Positions 46,549 through 55,932 are shown, counted from the first letter of the stretch. The stretch: 64,000 bases of DNA from a bacterium (GCA_030429765.1 JAUIER010000001.1:202877-266876); one strand, 5' to 3'. Notes: a model not told the origin generated them from the sequence alone. Translations and numbers: made by a program.

Positions 46549-47209
46549 GAACGGAATTCTTGGAAGAGCGTGGGATATGGTGGGTCGGGTGATCCTCATT
46601 TATGCTTTGGTGTGGGGGCTGAGTCATGTTGTCAGCTACGATGCGGCGATGCGGGTGGCCAAGCTGCGGACATTGAACCGATTGATGCCGCCTTTGTCGG
46701 AATTGGTCCGGTCGAATTTCACACAGGAACCGCTGGGTTCTGAACAACTGGCCAAGTATGAATTTTATTACCGCAAGGTCACCGAATATATGCCGCAGAA
46801 TGCCAACGGCTATTACATGCAGGCCTATTGTTTGGCGCGGATGGGCCGGACAGCGGAGGCGATTCAGGCTTATCGCGCATCGATTGACCGCAATTCCAAG
46901 TTTTTCTGGTCCCATTACAACCTCGGACTTCTCTATATAGCGGAGCAGGAGTATGAGCAGGCCGGGCAGTCTTTATCGGCGGCTCTGCAGAGTAGTCCTG
47001 AGCTTTCCCTGAAGATGATCCTGTCGTCCAAGGTCTTTCAACAATTGATGCTGCAGACGCCCAATCCCGGACCGATGATGACCGATCATATCAAACAGGC
47101 CTTTGCGAACGCCCAGCGGCTCAAGGCCCTGGCGGATCATCTGCAAAAGACGCCGCAGGAGCCGGTGCCGGCCGAGATTCTCAAGCGTCTGCCCGCACGG
47201 ATCTTCTAG
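46538..47209 (+). CDS. TPR-repeat protein
   Basis: Starts 11 nt inside the upstream gene's end (GGAAAG RBS). TPRs 'YYMQAYCLARMGRTAEAIQAYRASI', 'HYNLGLLYIAEQEYEQA'. Confidence 0.55.
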   Translation: MKVKNGILGRAWDMVGRVILIYALVWGLSHVVSYDAAMRVAKLRTLNRLMPPLSELVRSNFTQEPLGSEQLAKYEFYYRKVTEYMPQNANGYYMQAYCLARMGRTAEAIQAYRASIDRNSKFFWSHYNLGLLYIAEQEYEQAGQSLSAALQSSPELSLKMILSSKVFQQLMLQTPNPGPMMTDHIKQAFANAQRLKALADHLQKTPQEPVPAEILKRLPARIF

Positions 47210-47308
47210 GCTGTCCGGGTGTGTCCGAGGTTACAAAATGAGTGTAAATTTATAATTAACAAACACTTTCGGTTCGAGTATACTCATAATGAGGCAAAGG
47301 AGGCAGGT

Positions 47309-47788
47309 GTGGAAAAATCCTACAAAGTGCTCAAACAGGCGATCAACCGAACAGGGGCCAAGGCCGTATCTTCCCAGATGGGCCTATCTCAATCTCTAGT
47401 CTACAAGTGGTGTCAGGATCCGGCGGATGACGATCAAATCGTTCCCAGCGGCGCGATGAACCCGCTGGACCGGGTTCGCATGCTTTATGAAATCACCGGT
47501 GATCCGGCGATTATCAGCTGGCTGTGTCAGCAAGCGGACGGGTTTTTCGCCCGGAATCCGGAATCGGTCAGCGGATCTTCGGTCGGGGCCAAGGTTCTGG
47601 GTAATGTGCACGGACTGATCAAGGAGTTTTCGGAGGCGCTTGAGGCGATTTCGCAATCGTACAACGAAGACAAGAGTATTTCCAAAGACGAAGCGATGAT
47701 CATTCGTAAAGAATGGGAAGATCTGAAATCACTGGGTGAGAGTTTTGTGCGGGAGTGCGAGTCCGGCAAGTTCGACAAATCAAAGTAA
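47309..47788 (+). CDS. CII-like helix-turn-helix DNA-binding protein
   Basis: GTG start 5 nt after an AGGAGG. 'AKAVSSQMGLSQSLVYKWCQD' resembles the lambda CII 'AEAVGVDKSQISRWKRD' HTH. Confidence 0.4.
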   Translation: MEKSYKVLKQAINRTGAKAVSSQMGLSQSLVYKWCQDPADDDQIVPSGAMNPLDRVRMLYEITGDPAIISWLCQQADGFFARNPESVSGSSVGAKVLGNVHGLIKEFSEALEAISQSYNEDKSISKDEAMIIRKEWEDLKSLGESFVRECESGKFDKSK

Positions 47789-47811
47789 AAGTTTAGAGAA
47801 AGGAGGGAGTC

Positions 47812-48402
47812 ATGGGACTGGATTTTTTTGAAAGCGCTGATGCATTGGGGCGAATCTTCTACGTGTTTGCTATTTTCGGAACGGTATTTTTTCTGATCCG
47901 TACGGCCATGATGTTTATCGGCGGTGACGGCGAGATGGATATTGATATGGATGGCGCGGGAGATGCGGATGTCGGGATGGACAGTGATGTCGCGTTTCAG
48001 TTTTTCTCGCTGAACTCCCTCACCGCGTTTTTCATGATGTTCGGCTGGAGCGGTTTGACCAGTTATGTTCAGTTTGAACTCGGGGCGGCTATTTCTATTG
48101 TGATTGCCTTTGTGGTGGGGGTATTAGCGATGCTGTTTGTGGCCTGGTTATTCAAGATGGCCATGAAACTGACGTCCAAAGGGGATGACTTTAAGATTTC
48201 AGATACCCTGGGCATGACGGGTAGTGTATACCAGCAGATTCCCGAGGAGGGATTGGGCAAAGTGAACGTGTCCATGCCGAATGGCATATTAAGGGAATTG
48301 CATGCCGTTTCGGAAGATAAGGTCCAGATCGAATCTTTTAAAACAGTGAAAGTCGTGCGTGTCGTAGATACCAAGACGATTGCGGTGCGGCTGGAAAAAT
48401 AA
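47812..48402 (+). CDS. NfeD-like membrane protein (flotillin partner, short YuaF type)
   Basis: TM helices followed by a C-terminal OB-fold-like 'GKVNVSMPNGILRELHAVSEDKVQIESFKTVKVVRVV'. Confidence 0.5.
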   Translation: MGLDFFESADALGRIFYVFAIFGTVFFLIRTAMMFIGGDGEMDIDMDGAGDADVGMDSDVAFQFFSLNSLTAFFMMFGWSGLTSYVQFELGAAISIVIAFVVGVLAMLFVAWLFKMAMKLTSKGDDFKISDTLGMTGSVYQQIPEEGLGKVNVSMPNGILRELHAVSEDKVQIESFKTVKVVRVVDTKTIAVRLEK

Positions 48403-48417
48403 TCGAAAGGAGAGGCG

Positions 48418-49797
48418 ATGAATCCACTGGTTATAGGTATTGCGGTTTTCGCGATATTTGTGGTGAGTATGTTTTTGTTCTTTGCGTCGTGTTACAAGCG
48501 TTGTCCGTCGAATGCCATATTGGCCATTTACGGAAAGGTGGGTGAAGGACAGTCAGTTAAGTGTTATCACGGGGGCGGGGCATTTGTCATTCCATTGATC
48601 CAGGACTCTAAATTTCTGGACCTGACGCCGATGACGATCAATATTCCATTGTCCAAGGCCCTGTCATTTCAGAATATCCGCATTAATGTGCCGAGTACGT
48701 TTACGATCGCGATTGATACGTCCAAGGAAGCCATGAACAACGCGGCGGTGCGTTTGCTGGAGTTGACGTCCAAGGAGATCGAAAAGATGGCAACGGAAAT
48801 CATCTTTGGTCAGCTACGTCTGACCGTTGCGTCGTTGCGGATTGAGGAGATCAATCAGGACCGGGAGAGGTTTTTAATGGCGATCCGCAACAATATCGAG
48901 CCGGAGCTGCGGAAGATCGGGTTGACTTTGATCAACGTGAATATCACCGATATTACGGATGAATCGGGCTATATCGAGAGTATCGGAAAGAAGGCAGCAG
49001 CCACCGCGATCAATCAGGCCAAGATCGATGTGGCCGAGCAGGACAAAAAAGGGGATGTTGGAGCGGCTGCGGCCGAGCAGGAACGCCGAATCCAGGTGGC
49101 CAAGTACAATGCCCAAGCGGTTGAGGGTGAAAACGTGGCCAAGGCCAATATCGCGGATTATGATGCGACCCTTAAAGAGAAGGAAGCGGTCGCGGACCAG
49201 CGCGGTCAGGTCGCTGAGCAAAATGCCGAGGCTGAGATCCAGAAGGCCAAGGCGGCGGCGGAGACCCGACGCCTGGAGGCCGAGCAGGTCGTACCTGTAG
49301 AAATCGACAAGCGTAAGGTTGAAATCGATGCCGAGGCGAGGGCCGAACGCAAACGGCGTGAAGCCAAGGGTGAGGCCGATGCGATCGTGGCCGTCAAAAC
49401 AGCCGAAGCGACCGGGATCCAGAAGGTCCTGGATGCGAAAGCTGAAGGTTATAATCGACTGGTTGATTCCTGTGGCGACAATGCCCGGGATGCGGCGACC
49501 ATGCTGATCGTCGAGAAGCTTGAGGAGATCGTCAAGCTTCAAACCGAGGCGATTCGCAACATCAAGATCGACAAGGTTACCGTTTGGGATAGTGGAAACA
49601 GTGAAAAAGGCAGTTCGACGGCCAATTTCATGAGCAATATGGTCAAGTCCCTGCCGGCCCTGCACGATGTGGCGGGCATGGCGGGTGTTGATCTGCCGGA
49701 ATATCTCGGCGAGGTTGCCGAAAAAAAGGTGGTGAAACAGGCCAAGCCGTCCAAATCGGCTTCACCTAAGCCCAAGGTGGATCCAAGTGCTGAATAA
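48418..49797 (+). CDS. flotillin-like SPFH/band-7 protein
   Basis: N-terminal TM, then an SPFH domain, then an Ala/Glu/Lys-rich coiled coil ('AEAEIQKAKAAAETRRLEAEQ'). Confidence 0.8.
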   Translation: MNPLVIGIAVFAIFVVSMFLFFASCYKRCPSNAILAIYGKVGEGQSVKCYHGGGAFVIPLIQDSKFLDLTPMTINIPLSKALSFQNIRINVPSTFTIAIDTSKEAMNNAAVRLLELTSKEIEKMATEIIFGQLRLTVASLRIEEINQDRERFLMAIRNNIEPELRKIGLTLINVNITDITDESGYIESIGKKAAATAINQAKIDVAEQDKKGDVGAAAAEQERRIQVAKYNAQAVEGENVAKANIADYDATLKEKEAVADQRGQVAEQNAEAEIQKAKAAAETRRLEAEQVVPVEIDKRKVEIDAEARAERKRREAKGEADAIVAVKTAEATGIQKVLDAKAEGYNRLVDSCGDNARDAATMLIVEKLEEIVKLQTEAIRNIKIDKVTVWDSGNSEKGSSTANFMSNMVKSLPALHDVAGMAGVDLPEYLGEVAEKKVVKQAKPSKSASPKPKVDPSAE

Positions 49798-49830
49798 TTA
49801 GGCATCAAAGATCAAGAATGCAACATCAAA

Positions 49831-49863
49831 GGCTCCTTCCGGCCAGGAAGGGGCCTTTTTTTT
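49831..49863 (+). terminator. rho-independent terminator
   Basis: 'GGCTCCTTCC-ggcca-GGAAGGGGCC' (one G-U pair) followed by a T9 run. Confidence 0.7.
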
Positions 49864-50018
49864 AGGCCAAATCTGACCTAAAATCAATTCAGGAAACTGC
49901 TTGCAAAAAAATCGGATATTCAGTAGAATATGGGACTCTTACGTTTGAGGCGTGCCTCGGCACATGACATATAGAGACCAATACATATAATCAAATAGCA
50001 AAACCCAAGGAGAGAAGT

Positions 50019-50825
50019 ATGAAAGGCAGTCTAATTTTAGTGATTATCGTACTGGCTGTAGTTGGATTCTTCGGATACAACTATATTCAGCAGCCGCAAA
50101 CGGCATCGAACATCGGACAATCAATTGAGGATTCAGCAGCGAAGACGACAGGATACGTGCAAAAACAAGCCAAGGCCATGGCTGAAAAAACTCAGGACAT
50201 GGGCCAAACCGTAGCGGCGAAGGCCGACACAATGGCGGACAAAACAGCCAAGGCCATGGAAGCGACCAAGGACCAGGCGTCCAAAATCGCAGACAAAACA
50301 GCCAAAGTTGTGGAAGACACCAAAGCCGGTGCCAGCAAAATGGCGGATAAAACGGCAAAGGTTATGGAAGATACCAAGGCGGGCATCGGTGAAATGGCTG
50401 AAAAAGCCAAAGCCGGAATCGATACAAGCGGTATCAAAAAGACTCTAGATCAGGCCGAAGACAAAATGGGTGAGACATTGGCCAAAGCCGGTGACAGCAT
50501 CGAAAAAGCCGGTGAAACAATGCAGCAACAAGCCAAGATCGACACACCCGAGCTGGATAAAGGCGCGGAAGATCTGGCCGAGAAGATCAAGTCATTGATC
50601 AACAAGGCCAAGGCTGAGTTGGAAAAGGGCGACCTGAAACAAGCCACTCAGACGGCCCAAGAAGCGTTGAAACTGGATCCCAGCTCTGTCGACGCCAAGA
50701 ATATCTTGAAAACAGCACAGGAAAAGATCGCAGCCGCCGCCAAGGACAAGGCCGGCGAATTCGCCACTGGTTTGTCGGACAAAATCGGTGATGCCGAATC
50801 AGCGTTAGGAAGTTTAGGACAATAA
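50019..50825 (+). CDS. membrane-anchored Ala/Lys-rich amphipathic repeat protein (LEA/apolipoprotein-like)
   Basis: N-terminal TM 'LILVIIVLAVVGFFGY'. Three 18-aa repeats 'ADKTAK..E.TK.......'. Rest is an A/K/E/D-rich predicted helix. Confidence 0.55.
   Translation: MKGSLILVIIVLAVVGFFGYNYIQQPQTASNIGQSIEDSAAKTTGYVQKQAKAMAEKTQDMGQTVAAKADTMADKTAKAMEATKDQASKIADKTAKVVEDTKAGASKMADKTAKVMEDTKAGIGEMAEKAKAGIDTSGIKKTLDQAEDKMGETLAKAGDSIEKAGETMQQQAKIDTPELDKGAEDLAEKIKSLINKAKAELEKGDLKQATQTAQEALKLDPSSVDAKNILKTAQEKIAAAAKDKAGEFATGLSDKIGDAESALGSLGQ
50235..50396 (+). repeat. 3 x 54-bp in-frame tandem repeat
   Basis: 'gcggacaaaacagccaaggccatggaagcgaccaag...' / 'gcagacaaaacagccaaagttgtggaagacaccaaa...' / 'gcggataaaacggcaaaggttatggaagataccaag...'. 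Confidence 0.8.
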
Positions 50826-50841
50826 TTTGTTCATCATAGAA

Positions 50842-50871
50842 GGGACAGCTCGCAAGGGCTGTCCCTTTTTT
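50842..50871 (+). terminator. rho-independent terminator
   Basis: 'GGGACAGC-tcgcaagg-GCTGTCCC' followed by TTTTTT. Confidence 0.75.
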
Positions 50872-50885
50872 GTTGGGAGATCGAA

Positions 50886-51500
50886 ATGAGCGCGCTTCAA
50901 TCACTGGGATTTTTGATGGGCAGTTCCTGGGCGTCCGGGGTCAATCTATATTTGACGGTTGGCAGTCTGGGATTCGCCCACCGCATGGAATGGATCAAAC
51001 TACCGGGTAACCTGGAGATTCTATGTCATCCGCTGGTGATCGCGGTCGCGGCCGTCATGTACGCCATCGAGTTTTTTGCGGACAAGGTGCCCTATGTGGA
51101 TTCGGCCTGGGATACGGTTCATACCTTTATCAGGCCGGTGGGGGCCATGATGCTTGGCTTTATGGCCATGGCTGACACAGGCGTCGATCCGGCCGTTCAG
51201 ATGGCGGTAGCGCTGGTGACCGGGACGATCGCCTTTAATTCACACCTGACCAAGGCCACCGCCCGGGTGGCGATCAATACCTCACCCGAGCCGGTATCCA
51301 ACTCCGTCGCCAGCGTGACAGAGGACGCCTCCGTGATCGGTATCATGTATCTGGTGACCAAACATCCGGTTCTAGCCGGAATCCTGGTTGTGATCTTTAT
51401 TGTTGTTTCGGTGTGGTTTCTCAAGAAGATGTTCCATCTGATGAAGCGGGTTTTACGCCGTGACAAAGGTAAGCCTTCTCAAGCTCCTACAGCCCAGTAA
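50886..51500 (+). CDS. DUF4126-like integral membrane protein
   Basis: 204 aa, 4-5 TM helices, 'FFADKVPYVDSAWDTVHTFIRP' motif. Family assignment is from memory. Confidence 0.4.
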   Translation: MSALQSLGFLMGSSWASGVNLYLTVGSLGFAHRMEWIKLPGNLEILCHPLVIAVAAVMYAIEFFADKVPYVDSAWDTVHTFIRPVGAMMLGFMAMADTGVDPAVQMAVALVTGTIAFNSHLTKATARVAINTSPEPVSNSVASVTEDASVIGIMYLVTKHPVLAGILVVIFIVVSVWFLKKMFHLMKRVLRRDKGKPSQAPTAQ

Positions 51501-51516
51501 GATCGGATTAAGCCTT

Positions 51517-51550
51517 AATTAGTTGACATGTCAACTAATTCATGTATAAT
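51517..51550 (+). promoter_or_regulatory. consensus promoter TTGACA-16-TATAAT with a 24-bp perfect palindromic operator over the -35 and spacer
   Basis: 'AATTAGTTGACATGTCAACTAATT' (51517-51540) is a perfect inverted repeat. -35 at 51523-51528, -10 at 51545-51550. Confidence 0.6.
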
Positions 51551-51562
51551 GCCATACGTATT

Positions 51563-52060
51563 ATGAAATCCGATGCCATTCCTACCCGAAAAGAGTTTTA
51601 TTTCAATGCCATCAAAGGACGGCCCAGTGCCGAGGTTTTTCACGGGATATTCTGTGTGTATTCACTGCTCGAGAAGCGGCTGGATGAGTATTTCAAGCCG
51701 CACGATCTGACGCCGGTCAAATTTAATGCCCTGATGCTGATTAAACACCTCGGCGGGACCAACGGCGTGAGCCAGCAGGACATCGGACATCATCTGATAG
51801 TATCGCCATCCAATATCACCCGGTTGCTGAATCGCCTGGCGGCTGACGAGTATATTGAGCGATCAGCATGCTCCAAGGACCGTCGGGTCAAGCTGGTCCG
51901 TATCACGCCCAAAGGTGAACGGGTCATTGGACAAGTATTCTTCGGGTTCGGGGAAACCGTCCAGCAATCAGTGTATCTCATGGATCGGACCGAGGTGGAA
52001 GATTTAAGCCATTTACTGATCAAGTGGTTTCTCAAGCTGGAAGCGGCGGGGGAGCGCTAG
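51563..52060 (+). CDS. MarR-family transcriptional regulator
   Basis: wHTH 'VSQQDIGHHLIVSPSNITRLLNRLAADEYIERSACSKDRRVKLVRITPKG'. The ORF-track start (51542) lies inside the promoter spacer, so the start is taken at 51563. Confidence 0.7.
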   Translation: MKSDAIPTRKEFYFNAIKGRPSAEVFHGIFCVYSLLEKRLDEYFKPHDLTPVKFNALMLIKHLGGTNGVSQQDIGHHLIVSPSNITRLLNRLAADEYIERSACSKDRRVKLVRITPKGERVIGQVFFGFGETVQQSVYLMDRTEVEDLSHLLIKWFLKLEAAGER

Positions 52061-52837
52061 ATGCTGACGGCTTATCTTTGGGGGTGTCTGACGGTCGTCT
52101 TGATGATGGTGATCATTTGGCTGATCCATCTACCCTTGAAAAATGCGGCGATTGTGGATATGGGATGGGGTTTGGGATTCATCCTGATGACGTTGATCTT
52201 TGTTTCGCATGGCGCGGGATGGACGTTGCGTAATCAGATCATCTTTGTTCTGGTCGCGCTGTGGGGCGTGCGCATCATGCTCTATGTGTTTTTCCGCATA
52301 CTGGTTGAGAAGCGGGAAGATAAGCGTTACACTGAATTCCGGCGTAAATGGGGCAATCATATTGAGTGGAACTTCCTGCGGATTTTTGAAATCCAGGCGT
52401 TTCTTCAGATGGTGATTGTTTTGCCGATCTTGGTGATGGCCTTTAACGCCGACGGACATATGCACTGGTTAGAATGGACCGGGTTCAGTGTGGCCTTGAT
52501 CTCGATCATATGCGAAGCCGTGGCGGATGAACAATTACGCAGCTTCAAGGGCAATATGGCCAACAAGGGGAAGACATGCCAGACGGGGTTTTGGTACTAC
52601 TCACGGCATCCGAATTATTTTTTTGAAATCCTGGTATGGGTGGCCATTTATGTGGCCGCCTTGCCCACGGCCTGGGGATGGGCGACAATCGCTTCGCCTT
52701 TGATGATCACCTACCTTATTCTTAATGTCAGCGGAATCCCCTTGGCTGAAGAACAATCCCTTCGATCCCGGGGCGACGAATACCGGGACTACCAGCGAAC
52801 CACCAGCATATTAATTCCGTTACCCAAAAAAGGATAG
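52061..52837 (+). CDS. DUF1295 / ICMT / steroid-5-alpha-reductase-like membrane protein
   Basis: 'YYSRHPNYFFEILVWVAIYV' motif. 6-7 TM helices. Confidence 0.6.
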   Translation: MLTAYLWGCLTVVLMMVIIWLIHLPLKNAAIVDMGWGLGFILMTLIFVSHGAGWTLRNQIIFVLVALWGVRIMLYVFFRILVEKREDKRYTEFRRKWGNHIEWNFLRIFEIQAFLQMVIVLPILVMAFNADGHMHWLEWTGFSVALISIICEAVADEQLRSFKGNMANKGKTCQTGFWYYSRHPNYFFEILVWVAIYVAALPTAWGWATIASPLMITYLILNVSGIPLAEEQSLRSRGDEYRDYQRTTSILIPLPKKG

Positions 52838-52840
52838 AAT

Positions 52841-53881
52841 ATGAAACAATTAGCGAATCTCAGTCAGGGCCTGTTAGAGCGTGATCTGTTACCCGATCCA
52901 CTTATCCGTTACGGCATTCGGGGGCTGCTGAAGGAAAAACTCAAGCAGGAAAAACAAGGCGGGATCAAGGCGGCTCAGGAACGGATGAGCGAAATAATCC
53001 GGGAAATGAAGGCGTCGGATATCGCTGTGAATACCGTCGAGGCCAATGAACAGCATTATGAGGTGCCGACTGAATTTTTTCAGCTGGTGATGGGCAAGCA
53101 CATGAAGTACAGCTGCGGATACTGGAACGAAGGGGTGACCGATTTTGATCAGACCGAGCTGGATATGCTGAAGCTCGCGTCTGAGCGTGCACAGCTCGAC
53201 AACGGACAGGATATTCTGGAACTCGGCTGCGGTTGGGGATCGATGACGCTGCATATGGCTGAGGCCTATCCCGGTTCAAACGTAGTCGGTGTATCGAATT
53301 CGGCGACGCAAAAGGAGTACATTGATGAACAGGCCCGGCAGCGCGGATTAAGCAACATCCGGATTATCACCTGCGATATGAACGAGTTTACGATCGACGA
53401 GAAATTTGACCGTGTTGTCTCCATTGAGATGTTTGAGCACATGCGTAATTATCAAAAACTGCTGAACCGGGTTGCGAGTTGGATGAAGGATGGAGGGAAG
53501 CTGTTTATTCATATCTTCACGCACGTGGAACATGCCTACTTTTACAAACTCAACCAGGGGTTTGACTGGATGGCCCGATACTTCTTTACCGGCGGGATTA
53601 TGCCGTCCGACAATCTCCTATATAATTTTCAGGATGACTTTGAGATTGTTGATCACTGGAAGGTCAACGGAACGCACTATGAGAAGACATCCAACGGCTG
53701 GCTGGCCAACATGGACAAAAACCGCGAGAAAGTGATGCCGATCCTTAAAAAGACGTACGGCGAAGATTACAAAAAGTGGTGGGTCTATTGGCGGGTTTTC
53801 TTCATGGCCTGTGCCGAACTCTGGGGTTACGACAACGGTCATGAATGGATTGTCAGCCACTATTTACTCAGAAAGAAATAA
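52841..53881 (+). CDS. cyclopropane-fatty-acyl-phospholipid synthase family SAM methyltransferase (copy 1)
   Basis: SAM motif 'ILELGCGWGSMTLHMAE', 'FDRVVSIEMFEHM'. Confidence 0.8.
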   Translation: MKQLANLSQGLLERDLLPDPLIRYGIRGLLKEKLKQEKQGGIKAAQERMSEIIREMKASDIAVNTVEANEQHYEVPTEFFQLVMGKHMKYSCGYWNEGVTDFDQTELDMLKLASERAQLDNGQDILELGCGWGSMTLHMAEAYPGSNVVGVSNSATQKEYIDEQARQRGLSNIRIITCDMNEFTIDEKFDRVVSIEMFEHMRNYQKLLNRVASWMKDGGKLFIHIFTHVEHAYFYKLNQGFDWMARYFFTGGIMPSDNLLYNFQDDFEIVDHWKVNGTHYEKTSNGWLANMDKNREKVMPILKKTYGEDYKKWWVYWRVFFMACAELWGYDNGHEWIVSHYLLRKK

Positions 53882-53884
53882 GCG

Positions 53885-55144
53885 ATGGAACGAATTGCCA
53901 TAGTTGGAACCGGGGTCTCGGCGATGAGCGCCGCGTATTTTCTGCGTAATGACTTTGATATTACGTTCTTTGAAAAGGACAATTACGCGGGCGGGCACAC
54001 GAACACATTGACCATTGATGAGGAGGGAACGCCGATTCATATTGATTCGGCATTCATGGTGTTTAACCATGTAACCTACCCGAATCTGCAGAAATTCTTC
54101 CGTGAGCTTGAGATCGAAGAAAAAAATACCAATATGTCTTTCAGTGTTCAGCATCTGCCCAGTGGTCTGGAATACTGCGGGACCGGGTTAAACGGACTCT
54201 TTGCCCAACGGAAAAATCTGGCGCGTTGGAAGCATATTAGTATGCTGTTGGATATTAACCGGTTCAACAAAGAAGCCATTGAAGTTCTGACTGATCATAA
54301 ATTTGCCGGATACAGCATCAAACATTATTTTCAAGAAAAGGGATATGGGCAGGCGATGCTGGAGAAGTATCTGATCCCGATGAGCTCCGCGGTATGGTCC
54401 ACGCCGCCGGAACAGATGCTGGATTTTCCGATTCTGACGTTGGTGCGGTTTTTCAAGAATCACGGATTTCTCGGGATGACCACACAGCATCAATGGAAGA
54501 CGCTCGTCGGAGGAAGCCGTCAGTATCGGGATAAAGTGATGGCGATGTTCCCGAACCGGGTTCACCTAAATGCCGAAGTAGAACAAGTATTCCGCAAGCC
54601 CGAGGGTGTGGAGGTTTGTATCAAGGACGGTGAGCGTCATATGTTTGATAAGGTGATTATCGCGTCGCATGCCGATCAATCTCTAAGATTATTGGGTGAT
54701 CCAACCGAGCAGGAACAAAATTTATTGTCTAAGTTCAAGTATCAACCCAATCAGGCCACCCTGCATACGGATGATTCGCTGATGCCCAAGACGCGTTTGG
54801 CCTGGTCCGCCTGGAATTATCGGATCAAAGCCAAAGCGAATCGACTCATTCCCCAAACGATCTATTACATGAATCGATTGCAGCATGTATCCCAGAAGGG
54901 CGATTACTTTGTCTCAATCAACGACGATGGTGATGTTCATCCGGATAAGATTATTTGGCAGAAAGAGTACGCGCATCCATTGTTTGATGTGGCGGCTATC
55001 CGCGCTCAGGATGATCTGCCCAAGCTCAATGAACAGGGACGCACATATTTTTGCGGGGCTTATTTTAAATACGGCTTTCACGAGGACGGATTCACGTCGG
55101 GACTGAACGTCGCAGAAAAGATCTTAAACCGGGAGGTTTGGTGA
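53885..55144 (+). CDS. FAD/NAD(P)-binding oxidoreductase (amine-oxidase-like; CFA-cluster-associated)
   Basis: Rossmann 'IAIVGTGVSAMSAAYFL...FEKDNYAGG'. Confidence 0.7.
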   Translation: MERIAIVGTGVSAMSAAYFLRNDFDITFFEKDNYAGGHTNTLTIDEEGTPIHIDSAFMVFNHVTYPNLQKFFRELEIEEKNTNMSFSVQHLPSGLEYCGTGLNGLFAQRKNLARWKHISMLLDINRFNKEAIEVLTDHKFAGYSIKHYFQEKGYGQAMLEKYLIPMSSAVWSTPPEQMLDFPILTLVRFFKNHGFLGMTTQHQWKTLVGGSRQYRDKVMAMFPNRVHLNAEVEQVFRKPEGVEVCIKDGERHMFDKVIIASHADQSLRLLGDPTEQEQNLLSKFKYQPNQATLHTDDSLMPKTRLAWSAWNYRIKAKANRLIPQTIYYMNRLQHVSQKGDYFVSINDDGDVHPDKIIWQKEYAHPLFDVAAIRAQDDLPKLNEQGRTYFCGAYFKYGFHEDGFTSGLNVAEKILNREVW

Positions 55145-55932
55145 TGAATTCATGTCTGTATGACATTGATATCATGCACTATCGTACGGAGCCCAAGACA
55201 TACCGATTCAACCATAAATCGTTTATGTTTTATCTGGATCTCGACGAACTTCCTGAGATAGACCGAAAGTTTAGCCTTTTCGGTTATAACCGGCGCAGTT
55301 TGTTCCGGTTCAATGACAGCGATCATTTGGAGTTAAAGTCGCAATCCGTGAAAGATAATATTTTGGCGTACATTCAAGATCAAGGGGTTACCGCGCCGAT
55401 TAAGCGCGTGATGTTGCTGACGAATGTACGGATTGCCGGATACATCTTTAATCCGGTGTGTTTTTATTTTTGTTTTGATGCCGACGATCAGCCGGTCTGC
55501 GCGGTCGCCGAGGTTGGTAATACCTTCGGTGAACTTAAGCCGTTTTTCTTGGGGTCCGAGACATTTGAAGGGCAAACGTTTAAGTCTGTGCAGAAAAAGT
55601 ATTACTACATCTCACCGTTCATTGATCTGGATGTGCCCATGGATTTTCAGCTGAAGATTCCCGGAGAACGTGTGATCATTAGGGTGGATGACCTTAAAAA
55701 GGATGGACGCCTGCTGTACGCCACGATGAAGGGGCGTCGTCAAGAGCTGACGGGATCCAGTTTATTCTGGCATGCGCTGCGCTATCCATTTGAAACATTG
55801 AAGGTTATATTCCTGATCCACTATCATGCGGCTGTTCTGCACTTTGTGAAAAAAATTCCTTACCATAAGAAAAAAGATAACCCTGATTTGCAAAGGGAGG
55901 TTTACCGTGTCTGTAAAAAGACAGAAAAGTAA
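55144..55932 (+). CDS. DUF1365 family protein
   Basis: 'LYDIDIMHYRTEPKTYRFNHKSFMFYLDLDEL', N-terminus typical of DUF1365. TGATG overlap with the upstream stop. Confidence 0.65.
   Translation: MNSCLYDIDIMHYRTEPKTYRFNHKSFMFYLDLDELPEIDRKFSLFGYNRRSLFRFNDSDHLELKSQSVKDNILAYIQDQGVTAPIKRVMLLTNVRIAGYIFNPVCFYFCFDADDQPVCAVAEVGNTFGELKPFFLGSETFEGQTFKSVQKKYYYISPFIDLDVPMDFQLKIPGERVIIRVDDLKKDGRLLYATMKGRRQELTGSSLFWHALRYPFETLKVIFLIHYHAAVLHFVKKIPYHKKKDNPDLQREVYRVCKKTEK

Noticed and set aside
47219-47308. ATG-initiated 5' extension of the CII-like gene
   Set aside because: The extension would begin 10 nt after the previous stop, without an RBS. A GTG 5 nt after a perfect AGGAGG gives a protein that starts right at the HTH-containing domain.
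47219-49797. Prophage remnant hypothesis (CII-like gene)
   Set aside because: No integrase, repressor/Cro pair, structural or lysis genes, att-like repeats or compositional shift nearby. Neighbours are NfeD and flotillin.
51542-51562. ORF-track start of the MarR gene at 51542
   Set aside because: This ATG lies within the spacer of the TTGACA-16-TATAAT promoter, upstream of any possible TSS. The next in-frame ATG (51563) is used instead.
52024-52465. ORFs 52024-52233 (+), 52200-52415 (+), 52130-52465 (-) inside the DUF1295 gene
   Set aside because: Alternate-frame or antisense artefacts within a gene that has a clear 'RHPNYF' family motif and TM periodicity.
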